A DNA stretch of 63,658 nt, counting the filler, from Platydemus manokwari (lineage: Eukaryota), in the NCBI GenBank assembly GCA_037951405.1. It is 5 parts of 5 records of this genome, joined end to end, with 100 filler letters (N's around TTAATTAATTAA, not from the genome) between each part and the next. Parts side by side here need not be neighbours in the genome. Positions count along the whole stretch, not along the records: positions 29,523 to 41,044 come from JBBMOY010629990.1; positions 41,145 to 54,376 come from JBBMOY011792505.1; 3 more parts are not named here. One strand, 5' to 3'. A program made the translations under genes and the position numbers. Position 1 is the stretch's first letter. Each line of letters begins with the position of its first letter. Positions 38,101-52,203 of the stretch are shown here, piece after piece. The notes below the pieces were generated by a model. That model made no database searches, had not been told where the DNA came from, and worked only from the letters and a program-made list of their open reading frames with translations.

Positions 38101-40801
38101 TTGTGCGACTCTGGGTACAACAGGTTGTTGTTCTTTCGACAATTTAGAAGAAATCGGTTTTGTGTGCCATAAATACAATATATGGTTACATGTAGATGCT
38201 GCATATGCTGGATCAAGTTTTATTTGTCCAGAATTCAGACATTATTTAAAAGGAATCGAAGTAAGGGATCGAATATATAAATTTATAAATATACATGGTG
38301 TTCCGAAACAAATGTGCCCAAGCAAAATCTGCTGGAATTTATTGAATGTTTAAAAATGGCATTCGTGGTGTCATAATAAATTCTAAAATTTAAAAATTCA
38401 AATTCTTTGGATTATTTATTGTTTGATAAGTGTGCCAATTCAATTTTAAGAATGCCAGGATGTCATGCAACTAAAGAGCGTGTCTTTATTATAAGAAATT
38501 TTTATAAATCAGAAAACGCAAATCTTAACAATTCAAAATCTTTGGTTCACTGCATTCTAAAAATGAACTTTCAAACGTTATCACTTTTCTTTAGTTCAAA
38601 ATCTTAACCTATGACTAAGCTTCTGTGAATATTTTATCACTTTAGTCCGGCAAGATCATCAACTGAATGAGAAATTTATTTCGACTCTTAAAGTCAAGTT
38701 CTATCTTAATCATTATAACTTGGTGTTTATTGGTGTGATAAAACAAAAAATTGTCTCCTTCCAAAATATATCAATCAACTCGGTGCCACGAGATAAAACT
38801 ATTCTTCCATGCTTCAAAACGAGTTTTCACTCTTTGTATGGTGGTGGAATGGTGGTGGGGGGGTATTTCTGCCAACCTGTCATCATCTATTTGAACAATA
38901 ATTTTGGAGTTCTATCACCATAACAAAGAATTTGTATTTCATAGTCATTTGCAAGCCTTGGTTATGGTTACCATTTTCATTACTATAAACACGAAATCTT
39001 TTTTCTATAACTCGAGAACAAATCTTATGGACTGCATCATAAATTTTATCTTCATTCAAGGCTTGCGAATGACTATGATATGCAACTTCTTTGTTATAAA
39101 TGCGTGTGATATTCACTTGTATTAGCTGTATTAATTAATTTTTTGTTTACAATCTCTGTAAATTAATGAAATATCAGTCGTTTATAAATTCAGAACATTA
39201 TGCATTTTTCCTATACGTTACACAGTAAAATATAATATTCGCTTTTTGCATTCTCTTCGCACATCGCGGATTCCTCCCACACTCTGTATGTTCTTATATA
39301 AGGAAGAGTAATTACTTTATTTGACATGTGCATTGCCTCCGGTTTACGCTTTTGTAGCTATTTTAGAATATAACCAATGTCAATATCGGTTAGTTGGTGA
39401 GTGCTCAACAATGTTGATAAAGCGACTTTTTAGGTTTAATTCTTTGGCCTCTTGTGCACCGTTAAACATTGCGAACAGAGAGCTTCAATTACCCACTACA
39501 GACCATCTGCATTTCTTCGCTAAATTTTTTTCTTTGTATTTCTGTATTGTTCCGTCATACCCAAGAATATTGTTAATATTAAAGGTCGAGAGTTTTTAAT
39601 CTAATCCCTAAATATTCCATACATCAAATTTTGAAAACCCAAAGAGGCAACCTATTAAAACAAAAATATTACGTGCTAGTTTTGAAAGCTCTTTTAAAGA
39701 GACCCTGAAATAGTAAGTATTTTTTTATTCATAACACTTTGTACTGATAATAATACATATTTATATATATAATTATAATATTAATTTAGTACGTAGATTC
39801 ATTAAATTTCAACACAAACAAATTCCTTCTGGTAAATTTTGATTGCAGTATTTTATGGTAATTCAAAAAAAATTTTAAATAGTTAATAAATCTGATTATT
39901 TAGGGTTCGTCACAGTAACCGTATAACTGAATCAATGATTGTCGATCCGGTTTATTTGCAGCACAAACATTCAAGTTAGCATTTAATAAACTTAATCGTT
40001 AACCTCTTCAGATTAAAAGAAAATAAGTTTATAAACGGCATGCATTCATGTTGAAATTATAAATGGATAGAGCATGATTATTAACTAACATAATAAGAAG
40101 TTATATTAGAAATATCCGAGTACAAGTGGCATTTTGTTATGCAACACACAAATTATTGTTTTAAGCAAACTTGTTTTTAAATAATTAATTTAACTAAATT
40201 AATCCAAGATATTTTTATATTTAAAAAAGGTTTGTTTTTTTTGAATTAAACTTTACTACACTAATGTATTTACAATTAGATATTACTTTCTTCTTATGAC
40301 TTTTATAAGTTAAAATAACCATAATAGGTTAGAATCTTTACAATCTTCCATTTTAAACTAAAGTTCTCTGAAAATCACATAAAATTTAAGTGATATTTTA
40401 AGAATAAGGGGTTATCAAGAAATTACTGAATTTATTATGAAATTTATAGTAAAAATACATCTTAAATAAAAATTTTAATTTAGGTAAAGCTGTTGATTTT
40501 AGAGTGAGTATTTAATGATTTATGCATATCGATTTCAAACATTTATTTGTAGCATTGGGGTATCCCATTAAGTAGGAGATTTCGATCCTTGAAGCTCTGG
40601 TTCACAATTAGGGCTTATGGGGTTGAGGGACTACAAAAATACATTAGAAACGTTAGAATTAAATGTTTTGTTTTATATATTTATTTTAATTGTGTATAGC
40701 ATGTGAAACTGGCATCTGAATTTGAAGCGTTGGTTAGAGCAAACGATCGATTTGAGATCGTTGGTAAAGTTATTCTTGGCTTAGTGTGCTTCCGATTAAA
40801 A
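35140..40801 (+). CDS. tdc: Tyrosine decarboxylase-type PLP-dependent aromatic amino acid decarboxylase (3' exon(s) not found)
   Basis: Exons 35140-35340, 35395-35508, 35993-36112, 37644-37811, 37864-37974, 38021-38053, 38099-38260, 39790-39857, 39904-39974, 40484-40503, 40553-40651, 40700-40801. All introns are GT-AG and the frame is continuous (423 aa). Motifs: [41 protein letters not shown] (PLP Lys), [24 protein letters not shown] (TDC-type), LGLVCFRLK. Confidence 0.93.
36310..36438. mobile_element. Small palindromic MITE-like element in tdc intron 3
   Basis: gtcggaacaatttcagatatgcactaga..cgattacaa pairs imperfectly with ttgttatcgacttctaagtagatctgaaatataccgac. Confidence 0.45.
36655..36707. 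repeat. (TG)n / TGTGCGTA compound microsatellite
   Basis: Direct reading. Confidence 0.9.
38293..39707. mobile_element. Decayed Tc1/mariner-superfamily material in tdc intron 7
   Basis: Ends resemble TA-CA(T/G)GGTGTTCC and GAGACCCTG. + strand N-terminal HTH-like [13 protein letters not shown] (~38474); - strand YRVWEE (~39290) and [14 protein letters not shown] (~38810-38760). Confidence 0.45.
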
Positions 40802-41044
40802 GTATGTAATCAATCTATTAAACATCATCGTATAATTTTAATATCGTCATTATATTGATAATTCGAAAAATTTCTCTGACATAAAACCATTGAACTTTAT
40901 TTGATTTATAATTTCTCTAAAGAATTTAAAATAGATATTATTATTGGTATTGATTAAATTTTAAATAAGTACGTCCATATTGTTAATGTTTACCATTGTT
41001 TCATTCAAATATCCACGAATTCTTTGTTTCTAAAAGCGTAAGAT

Positions 41045-41144
41045 NNNNNNNNNNNNNNNNNNNNNNNNNNNNNNNNNNNNNNNNNNNNTTAATTAATTAA
41101 NNNNNNNNNNNNNNNNNNNNNNNNNNNNNNNNNNNNNNNNNNNN
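41045..41144. other. Scaffold linker N44-TTAATTAATTAA-N44
   Basis: Same 100-nt layout. Confidence 0.97.
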
Positions 41145-41287
41145 AAATTGTGGTTCAAAATGAGTAGTTGAAATCATTAATAAGTCATTTAAATGTTCAT
41201 CAGACAACCGTGACCTGTAGCGAGATTTTTGTCATAATGTTCGTGTGTTTCATAGATAGCTTGCGGGGCGTACTTTGGAGACCCCTG
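41145..41287. mobile_element. Right end of a hAT-type non-autonomous element
   Basis: ...TTTGGAGACCCCTG|ATCTAGAT: CAGGGGTCTCCAAA TIR with an nTCTAGAn target. A related end lies at ~47028-47041. Confidence 0.55.
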
Positions 41288-41759
41288 ATCTAGATTACTA
41301 GTTTCAGTTATGCTCATATACCGGTACTAATTTAAGTTACATTAGTTATTTATAGTAACTTTTATTGCTAATTAATTTTAGTATAAAAATTGTCATCATT
41401 TTTAGATTTTTTTTTACTTTTTCTCTGTCCTTGAGTTTATCTGATCAAACAAAAAGAAATCTATTGATTTATCTTACAGATGTTGTGTAAGTGCGTTTGC
41501 TATTTGGACAAGTATTGCAGTATACAGCACTATCCGTAATAGATTACCAGAAGTAGTTATATGTCGATATCACTTATCCAGATAGGAATTTGTTCCTCTT
41601 TTCACTACCAGTGAAAATGTCAATTGACTGGAGCATGGATTTAACCCTATATGTATCATTTATATTAATAAATACATATCGGAAGCAAAAATGTGGTCTT
41701 CTTTGGCCAGACACTTCAAAATGAGTTAGTTTTAAATAATTAAGAACCAAAAATTTATT

Positions 41760-41965
41760 TTATTGCTTATTATCATCATTATTATTATGATTATTATTAT
41801 CATCATTATCAACATTATTATTATCATTATTATTATCATTACTGCCATTATTATTATCATAATTAACATTATCATTATTATTATTATCACCATTATCAAC
41901 ATTATTGTTATAATAATAATAATTATTATTATTATGAACATTATTATTATCATTATTATTATTAT
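41760..41965. repeat. (ATT/ATC)n microsatellite
   Basis: Direct reading; source of the poly-I ORFs. Confidence 0.9.
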
Positions 41966-42049
41966 AGATTTTATTTCATAAATATTTATCATTTTCCAAA
42001 ATATTCCCCACGATCTTAATAATTTACATCAATTAATTACATCTTGTCG

Positions 42050-42850
42050 ACATCATAACTTGTGCTACAAGTTTTTCAGCGGATCGCCGTCACTGATCTG
42101 ATTGAAGAAAAAGCTGTGAATATCCAATTATTTAACAAAGAAAACTGCCAAATTTCCGCAAAATCAAAATTATCTCCAAACAATGTATTATCGTGTGTTC
42201 TGGAAAACATAATCAAATGACCGCCTAAAAAATCATTTATCCTGACAGTTCACAATTTATTAAGCGATCAGACAAATCCAGTGAAAGTAATTTCTTTGTG
42301 TTGATATCTTGTATCGATGTGGACTTTTGATCATTGATCTCGTTTGATTTTTAGCTCCAACATTATGAACTTTTATTTCACACTTATTGGAAATGGCTCT
42401 TGAAAGCTAGAGGTGATTGATGAAGATGTTGGTCAGATGAAGATATCAATAATTTGAAATTGAGAAATAGTTCTCCATTTCTCCAAAGTATATCACAATG
42501 ACATTAGCACAAATCATACTATGACGATATCCTAACTATGTCAAACCCCTCCAGTTCTTGGCATTAGCTATATCGAATTATCCTTTTCCGCTATCTAAAT
42601 CTCGTTACCCACTCAAGAAGTTTAAGATATATTTAAATCACCACGAGAAAAAGTAGAACCCAAAATTAAGTTACCTCCAAGTGTTGGTGATTAATTCATC
42701 AACAAACCATCATATGTTTCTAGTTGTTAATATAATACTCAGGAACATTAATCTATTGATCATAAAATTATACGACAAAGCTGCTATGCGCAACTGTACG
42801 GCCAGACCACCAACTGAAGCGACAATCAATAACACTGCTTATTTTGAAGT
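42050..42850 (+). mobile_element. Degenerate LTR retrotransposon integrase
   Basis: FQRIAVTDLI (~42074), PPKK/IIYPDSSQFI (~42220-42262; cf. GxPxxIxSDxGxQF), LALAISNYP, PSVGD. Confidence 0.5.
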
Positions 42851-45800
42851 TTTATGTTGAAACGGCGAAATGTACTGATTAGCCTTTTCTTTCATGTGAT
42901 TTTTAAAACTTCAATGCTTATTAATGTTTCGTTTTTTCTTTAATTTTCTATCTACAATTCTATTAATGTCATATGGTCACTGAGGATCTCTGGTGTGAGG
43001 TCATTTGTTATTGAGTTGATTTACTATTCCTTGAATTATTTATCATTAAATTAACTCAGTCAAATGCTCAATTATGTGTTACCATCGTCAACGGTAGCTA
43101 TTTCATTTAAAATCTATAAAAGGATATTTTTATTCCTCAAATATTTAAACAAATTTAGTAAGCATTTCTCGATAATATTCAAAAAATCTAACCCTAATTT
43201 CAGTGCGGATCAGAATAATTTTAAATTTCGATAAAAATTATAGAATTCGATAAATATTGATTTAAATATATTTTTCATTAATAAGTTATTTTAAAAATCT
43301 TTAACGCTTTATAATCTCGCAATTTTCAAATTAGTTTTTGATGATCCTCCCAGCCATGACATTTAGTTAACAATTATTTTAAAAAACAATATTAATAATT
43401 ATTTACAATATTATTACGATTGTTTATTATGAATTCATTCTATTGTTGATTTTCGCTTTCCGTGTAACATGTTTATTATAATTATTATTTTTAGTTAATA
43501 TTATTATTCATTTTGGTAGTTATTAGTAGGAGTAGTAGTGATTTTATTTCCATATTTTCTCAAAAATCTGCTCTATATGCGAAATGTTACTTTGATAATG
43601 AATCTCTTTTTCGAGGTTGTGAAACATTTTAGATAAAATATTTAACGACATCTACAAATGTAATCCGTTCTTAGTCAACCCTGTCATTGAACAGAAGGAT
43701 TATCATGCTAAAAATGGATTCAACTCTCAACCTCTAATTTAATTATATTTGAGGTTTGTGTATGAATACCAAAATAAATGATCAAATCACTTATAGGTAA
43801 AAGATTTCGAAAGCCTTTGCTAAACTTCTAAAGCTCTCAACACTCAACCCAAAGTGATATGAATATATTAACGGATAAAATTTTCCAGATTTGTCGATAA
43901 TACAGCGAGTTTAGCTCAGAAGCCTACAATACATCAGTAAAAAAAATTCCAAATTCTCTCCGCACATTGATTTCCGAGAGTAAGCGGTAACCTGTAATAG
44001 CTGAAATGTATTTTTGCAAATGAAAACACCAAATCACATCCTGAATGTCGACCCTATTACAAAAAACATTTGATGTTCAAATATTAGTAGCAATAAAAAT
44101 AAATGATGAATTACGAATAGATAAAACAATATCGTTCATTGAGAGAATCCATTATTCTCTGCACTTCAATCAATGGTATGAATATCTTATACAAACCATT
44201 CCATTGCTTATCGATGTACAACAAAATCCATTAAACCAACACGCAAGCTCGGATTGTCTATAATTGACAGTAAAGAGAAGCATATGAAATTCAGGTATGA
44301 TTAAAACAAAATATTATTTCCACGTTTTAAATTATTTTTCCCAATTATCCCGATGTACTGTGTAACCCGAAAAAGTCGAATTCCTCAAAGTACTCAGTTT
44401 AATGAATCGATTTTTCCCTCCTGGGAATGAATAAAATACTACACTAGAGTTGCTTTTGTACTTCAAATAAGCCCAGTGTTTTCCTACAGCTCGAGTTTCG
44501 TCTCCTGGTTCCAGCTCGAAAATGTCGAATTCCTCAAAGGTACACTCAGTCGCATGAATCGATATTTCTCTCTTGAGTAATCAGAGGGAAATATTTTAGA
44601 CATTAATTAATGCTTGTTTCAATTTGAATGTGGATATCGATTTGATATAATAGATTGTGGCAATATCGATTTGGTCAAGCTTTCAATTGTATTTTGCTGC
44701 ATTTGTATCCAACAGCTATTGAAGCAGATCGAATTATTGAAACAACATAAACCTGTTGCAAGAGGATTTATCAATGCACAGGCAGTTAGTTTTGCTTGAT
44801 AAATCCAGATTGACAAATTTATCCTTCACTTCAGTTTAGTACATCGTAAACATTTTCCTGAAGAATTGGTCTTTTTAGAGTAGCTTGTGATATGAGTCTC
44901 AAGTTATGTCGTAATACTTCTTTACAATGCAACGTGCCAGAAATCTAATAGGGATAAATGACGGCATTGATTGCGTAATTTTCTAAAACTAAAATCCTTG
45001 CTAAGAAATGAATTTATTTTCGTTTTGGTTTGGCACTGCCTCATGCTTTGGTAATTTTTCATTATTCTCTGTGACAGCTGGAGTGTTAGTGGGGTGGTGT
45101 TCCATTCTGTTGCACAATTAAATATATCAGCATTATTTGAGCTGGAGTGAAATATTTTATACGAAATCTAGAAGCATTAAGAGCTTTGGAATGGCTCTTA
45201 TGTGCAGATAAACCTTTGTCCACATTCGTAGCCATTCATTAGCTAGATGGTTCCTGAGTTACCAGTGTTTTGGAAGTGGATCTGAATGAAACTTGTCCTT
45301 GAAAACCTTAAAGGAATATTATTAGTATCCAGCCAAGAAACATAAATGTCCGTGCATCAGAAATTCATTTAATTTTAGTAAATTCATTCCATTTCAAGTC
45401 AAGTGAAAGTACCAAAAACTGAAGCTGATTTATATGAAAGCAGTAACAAGTTCAGCGCAATGCTGAATAAGAGATATGGCAATGCATTTTTGATAAAACC
45501 TGTTAGTGATTTTAGTAATGATTTTCACATTGAATTCAATTTAAAAAACTGAAATCTTTGACTCTGACATCTCCTATCGATTAAATAATATATTGAAATT
45601 ATAGCTTTTTATGAAAAATCAATTCTAATTTCTAGTTTTTTATATTTGCAAATATATAAGCAGTAAAAGCACGAACATTAAAAATAAATAGCGAAAATCA
45701 ATTAAGATAATTAGGCGAGTGAAACAGCTGAATGAATTCGATGAATTTAATGGTTACAGGTTTCGACAAATAAATTGAAAGAACAGTTTGAAAATAATAC

Positions 45801-48800
45801 AAACGAGTAGCTGAATTATAAGAGAAATTGTGATTGGTTAACTAAAATTAATATCTTTGGATTCTATCTGGAAAACAGTATGAATGCGAGAACTATTATG
45901 ATGAGATTCAGAATTATAATCAATGGAACAATAACTTGAATGAGATTCTGACTAAAAAATAAATATTCTTTGACAGATTTAAGCTACAATTTGAAAGCAA
46001 ATTGTCATAGAAGCATAGAAATATTCTAAAATGTAATCCCGACCCCACAGTTATATTTATGTTAATTTCACGAGTTAAATTTGTGTGTGTTCCTTGGTAA
46101 AAATGTGTTGGGTACAAATTAATATCATAATTGTGATTTGGATTGAGACGAATATTTGAAAATAACGAAATCGCCTGTTAGAATAATTACAACAAAACCG
46201 ATCAATAAAGCATTGAAATCCAAGAACAAGAACGATTACAAAAATGTTTGATTTATTCCCACCTTAAGTTCATGATAGACTGTCAATTCAACTGATATCT
46301 CCGCTGATATTGGACTGGACCTCAAAGTCTCTAAAATCAGTGATATAGAACCGTCGTTATATTTCAAGAGAAATATTGAAGAAAACATAACCGCCAAAAC
46401 CCAAGACTTGTCAATTGATCTATTTTAGACACTGAGAAGTTTTATCAAAAAATTTTCTAAAATAATTCGTTTTCAAATCAAATTTGTTTCTTTTAATTTA
46501 ACTCGCGTCCTCATTTTTAAAATTTTTAATGTTCGCCACATTCCTTCTTATCACTGTACCATTTTATCCTGTAATTGATAATTCCTTTATTGGTTCTTTC
46601 CTATCACTTCATACTGGCCATCATATCAGTACTTCTTTTCTTACAAACACATAGTCATCTATCTCAAGTTTATTTCCATCGTTTCTCTTTGTTTTTCCTC
46701 AATGCCTCCTTTCATTTCTCCTCTATCTACTTTACTGTTGGAATGTCATTGTCTATATTCCTCTCGCACTAGTGCTAAGCTTCTTTCTCGGCAATAAAAC
46801 TAACCTTATTTATGAGATAATTAGTTTTAAAAAGCAAAATATTTAATAATAATATAAACTGGTAATTAGGCCCATATAAATTATATTAAAATGTTTTGTT
46901 TTGTTTTGTTTTGCTTTTTCACATTATAGGAACTTCACTACTATAGAAATTTAAATCTTTTATAGCGTATAGCAATGAGTCTGCCCAAAACCGAAAAACA
47001 TGGAAATAGGTCTACGAGAGAAAAAAGTTTGAGAACCTCTGATCTAGGAGATCTTTAAAATTATTTTTCTAAAAACGAGTATTCAGCGAATGACCTTTGG
47101 TGATTTCAAAAAATTTTAACAACAAAAATAGTTAGTTTTTAGGATAAAACTGGTTATGGAGATAAAATAATGAGGCATTCCAATAAATGAAACAATTTCC
47201 AAGCTACAAAACACAATTAGTAACTCACAAGATAGCAACACAATATACTGTCAAGCTCTACACAACCATATGTCATATTAGTCAACACCTAATTAACAAG
47301 CTCAACCATATGATGCAATGTGATGTAATATGCGCCGCATTAAAATAATTTATTATATCGATTTGATATCTTCATTGGAACCTAATTGAAACAGTAACAG
47401 TAACGATGACAGAAAACCAAACCTGTTAACTGCTAAAAGTCAAACATCATGTCGGTGAAAGGCAGGAAAACAAGAGTATCAAGCTGTTCTGAAATCATTT
47501 ACAAACCGTTGAAAGTAAAATGCCAGCAAGACTTGACTTGGAATCTCCTGGAATCACAAACGATGAATTCGACTTTAAAATGATGGAGAAACACGAATAA
47601 AGGAGAATGAATGACTGATGTTGCCGAAACGTACTTATTGAATTACTAATTCAACTGCAAGGAAGAATGAAATTATATGCTAAGTCTCTGACATAAATAA
47701 ATATTTGCTAGTCTTAGAATTTAATAGATTATCAGTTAATATAGGATCTCAGCACAAATCTAAACACAACTTATAAACGCATTAAACTTTTTGTACTTTT
47801 ACACCCTTAATAAATGATACAGAAGATTTTTTTGAATGTTTTTTTGAGTTGAAATAAGTTGGAAATGTCGAAATCAAATCTCCAAAAGTAGAAATGAGCG
47901 CTGAAACAATAAAAAACATATTATATAAGCTCAGTTCATTGTCTCTGTTTCTAAGACAGGTGTCAAATCCAGTAACAAATAATATCATTATTCACTCGAA
48001 CATCTGATATTATATAAGGGTGAGTACTACAAATTGATTTTAAAACTATATTTTTAAATTAACTCAACTTTCAGACTTGGCATGCCTACATTGGATCCTT
48101 GTTATATTCGTCGCGAGAAATGCAAATCTATTTCGTATGAAAATCTCCTCGGGGATGATTCAAATACATGTTATCGTCGCATGAAAATATATTTCATATC
48201 TATATATATTTGTGATCCAGCCGTGAGATCATCTTAAATTATCACCCATTACCACCATGATAATTATCCCGGTCAACACCAGTAGTACTGGTGAAAATAA
48301 ATTAAAAACCAAAAAAATAGCGATGATGAACAGAAGCGAACCTAATTTGAAATATGCTAATACAAGAGGATTAAGATTTCAATTACGGTAATTGGATGTT
48401 GTTTAATACAGCGGATTCCCAGCTAGAGGAAATGAAAATTTAATATTAATATCCCATAACCGGCAACAATGTGGCCCATATTGCCGACGGGTCATTGCTT
48501 GATGTCACCTTATCAAATCAACAACCATCAATATTTACCAAGAAGCTGGTTGAGAAAATCATAAACATGATCCACAAGTCAGGAATTTGTTCTCATGTTA
48601 TCGATAAGGAATTTATCAACATGATGACTTGATGAACGTGTGAATATCAAACATTTCTATCGATTGATGGCATTCATTCACATCATTATCAACAGAATTT
48701 TTTTATTTTAGACTTTGTTGACAATTTGGTTTGAAAATTTCATAGAAGAGATCATTAACGACGTGATCATTAATGTGATCAATACGATTGTTTTAATCTT

Positions 48801-49249
48801 CCTCCTCTGTGTTTAAAAATTTTAAAGTGTTAATCGTTATACCATGTTTATCGACATTATAATATCTCGACACATTTAATATAACTGCAATTCGATGATT
48901 CGACATTATTCTATCTGGGTTTTGAATTTGTATTTTTTTTCAATTTACATTTCGGGCTGTGCCATTCTGGTGTAAAATAATCCAACAGACGAGTTCGCTT
49001 GTGTTTTTCAAAAATTCAGATTTTTACAGAGAATGTACTACAAAAAATTTCACAATTCCATCAATAAAATTACAATTTCACAACATATATTCCAATGTCT
49101 ACCCAAATCGATTATTTATAAAATAAGCAAGAACAAAAACTTCTCGAGTATTTCCTTAAAGAAGTAATTTTTTTTAAAAAAATGCGAAAATTTCAAAATC
49201 ATAAAATAGCGACGAACAACTTTTAAATGTAAAATACAATTTTATCGCA

Positions 49250-51000
49250 CAGAAAAAAATGTTACACACGTGTCATGAGGTGAGGAGATACCACAGAGAC
49301 TTTATTGATTCATTCCGAATGGGACAGTCATCATTTTCAATGATAAATTGAGGCTACCTGGAGAATACAAAATCATCCTGATCAACCAGAGTGAAGACAT
49401 GATGAGATTAGATCAAGAATAGTGAGAGATTAAGGGTCCAGAGACTGTTAAAAAGGTTGATTTATTCAGTAGAATGATGTGATTGTTGTCAGATTATAGG
49501 TTGCATTGAGTATGTTGATTGTGAGAGTATATTTGGGTGTTTTGGTGACCAAAATAAAACAAGAAATTTCAGTAAATGATTGGGTTTGGTGAGAATAAGC
49601 GAACGGAATAGTTATTGGAGTAATTAAAATAGAATCTCGATCATTTGTGAGTAGGTTACAGATCATAGAGCGTTGATACAAATCAATAAATCATCACACC
49701 AAAACTAGTGAAAGATAGAAGCATTAATCGGCTTTAAGCCAAGGGCATTGGTGCTACCCTTTATGGGCATCTTTAAAAGTATTTAAAACTGATCTTATTT
49801 TTCGTTATTCCAATGCATCGCAATACATTTCCACTAAAAGACAACAAGTACATTTTCTACATTTCAGGTTTTGTAATAAATTGAACACAACTTAGTGGTT
49901 GATGTCTCTGGAGATTCCGAGATAATTTCCAGGCAAACATGGCTAGTGTTTCGAATAGATTTCTAGTGAGAGAAATTAGTTGCTATTATTTCATGGCTCT
50001 TGGTTTAAGTAGATAGTCATAAGAAGATGACACAATACCACTTTTAGTTTTTCCTTCTGACGATTGGTTGGCAGTTATCATCCATTAACTCAACAGTCAA
50101 AGTTGTTTTAACATTTTTGTTCTTCTTAGAATGAACGAGGACGCAAATTTAATAAAAGGGTTATCAGATGTTAGTGGATTATGTGATCATACCAGTTATC
50201 TTACATAAAAGTGTAAGAGTAATATGGTATTGTAATAGATAGGAGTGAGTTGAGACAGCATTTTTAGTAAACTTTTGCTTTTTATTATCACATGTAAATT
50301 GAATAGAATCTGGGATACTATTGGAACGGAAGTTGTTCTTCTCTGGAGGTGTTGTATACTCAAGAGCAAAGGAAATGGTTGTAATCTGTTTATTGAGCTC
50401 AAATTCTTTGAATGATGTTGAAATAGCTTTAAACTCGATGCTCTATGTTGCAGTAGACCATGAATAAAAAACTAATAGTTCTTCTGATAACTCTCTGCCG
50501 TAGTCATTCTTGAATTTGGGTTTGAAAATTGTCTATGCAGGGGTTTCCATGAAAAACTAAATACAGATGCGGTTGAGAAAGTGATTTCAACACTCTTTGC
50601 GGATATTAACTAAAATGGAGTTGGAATCTCATCAAATAATCAAAAAAGATTTACGGAATTTGGCTGAAATACTTCCAAGATTAACATCAATACCATATGC
50701 TTCACTGTGAGTAGTGTGTAAGGAGACAGACATTCTTCTGCGTACAATTGAATACATCACATCTCAATTTTGCAATAAACCCATCATCATCAGAATACTG
50801 TCTAATCATCCTGATGAGTCGATCTGAAATTTTGTTGGTCTTTCGATTAATTCTATTTATTTCTAGCTGTGTCAAATGGAATGAATGACAAGTATCAGAG
50901 ATCAGCTCATCAAATATCGTTTAAAAGCCTCAAAAACAATGTGATTCCAAAACAGTTTCCAGTCTTATTTTAACCATCAACTTCTTCTGATTTGTTGCGA
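49250..51000 (-). mobile_element. Possible degenerate LINE ORF2 (RT)
   Basis: SIEFKAIS, SVPIVSQILFNL and LLHFYVR occur in the order of RT motifs (DxxxAF, PQGxxLSPxLFN, YADD); heavily decayed. Confidence 0.35.
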
Positions 51001-52203
51001 AAAGTCTCTCTTTATGGACATCATCTTAAACTTAAATCGTCTCCTTTCATTCCAAGAGAATTCTCGATGATTTTGATTTCATCTATTTTCATGTGTTTTG
51101 TTTATCTGAAAATATTTTCTTTTATCACAAAACGATTTTTCTGATTGAGAAGCTTTATAATAATTGTTTTATTTTTCAGCGAAATAAATCAATCATTCAG
51201 TGAATGTTTTCTCGAAAATTATCGTCAAATTTCCTTTGGTGAATTTAAAAGATTTTCACGAATCAACTCTTAGAGTTTCAACAGCTAAATTCCGATATGT
51301 TTCAGCGATTTATTTCATGACTGTTGTCAGTTTTATCAGTGCAATTAGCATAGGAATCCTGGAACTTTAGAAAAATAAAGAAAACCAGGATTAAGTATTT
51401 TAATTTTATCAGCACCTTAAACACCTTTGATATCCAATAACACATTTTTATGAATCACAATTTCAGAAACACAATTTTTATTTTTATCAGCGGCAATGTT
51501 GGCTTCATGTGTTATTTTTTGAGAACAAAGTGATTATTAAAAACTTAAAATGATTTCACCAGAAATATTTTATCCGAACACTAGGAATTGCAATGATTTG
51601 ATGAAATATTTCGTCAAATCTGGTAATTAATTTGAAAAATGATCAATAAATATTTTAAGTTATCTTACCCCTTGGCTATTTCTGTAGCTGAGTGGATTTA
51701 TTAAATCTACAAGATCCTGCTTCGAGATCATCGCTTTATTTTTATATCTACTGTGTTTTATAACCAATAGCTTTGAACGCTTGAACCCTTTTAAAGAAAG
51801 GTATGGACAATACAATAATCTAACATATCACCATAAATTATGCTTAATCGAAACATCTCACTGATAAAACCTTTAATTGTTCATAAATTATTTTTTAATG
51901 TTTTATTCTATGAGTTCCATAAACTCTTGTTGTTTTCATGTATGGAGTTTATATTCTTAAATTATGCGCTCTTATTTAATTAGGGTTTATATGATAAAGA
52001 TTATGAACTACCTATTAGCACGGCTTATATTCCCATTCAATACATTAGTCACACCAAATAATCTCATTTTATACTTATGAAACTGAAATCATAATCATAG
52101 ATTGGTTCCAGAAGTACTGAAAATACCAGATTTATAATTGTCCCAAAACTTGATAAATCATCAACAATAATATAAACTTGTAATTTCATAAATTACAGAT
52201 TGA

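Noticed and set aside
35140-40801. Calling the gene DOPA or histidine decarboxylase
   Set aside because: HWGIPLS and Asn before the PLP Lys fit TDC better than HWQIPLG/PHK (DDC) or HWQIPLS (HDC).
43560-45480. Possible minus-strand exons or an R2-like zinc finger (KGLSAHKSH), and a ~55-bp direct repeat at ~44370/44519
   Set aside because: No consistent spliced frame or recognisable domain could be built; probably decayed retroelement.
50805-50850. CTGATGA..GAAA hammerhead-like cores (also ~37357, ~47615 and ~49760 on -)
   Set aside because: Stems I-III could not be formed convincingly.
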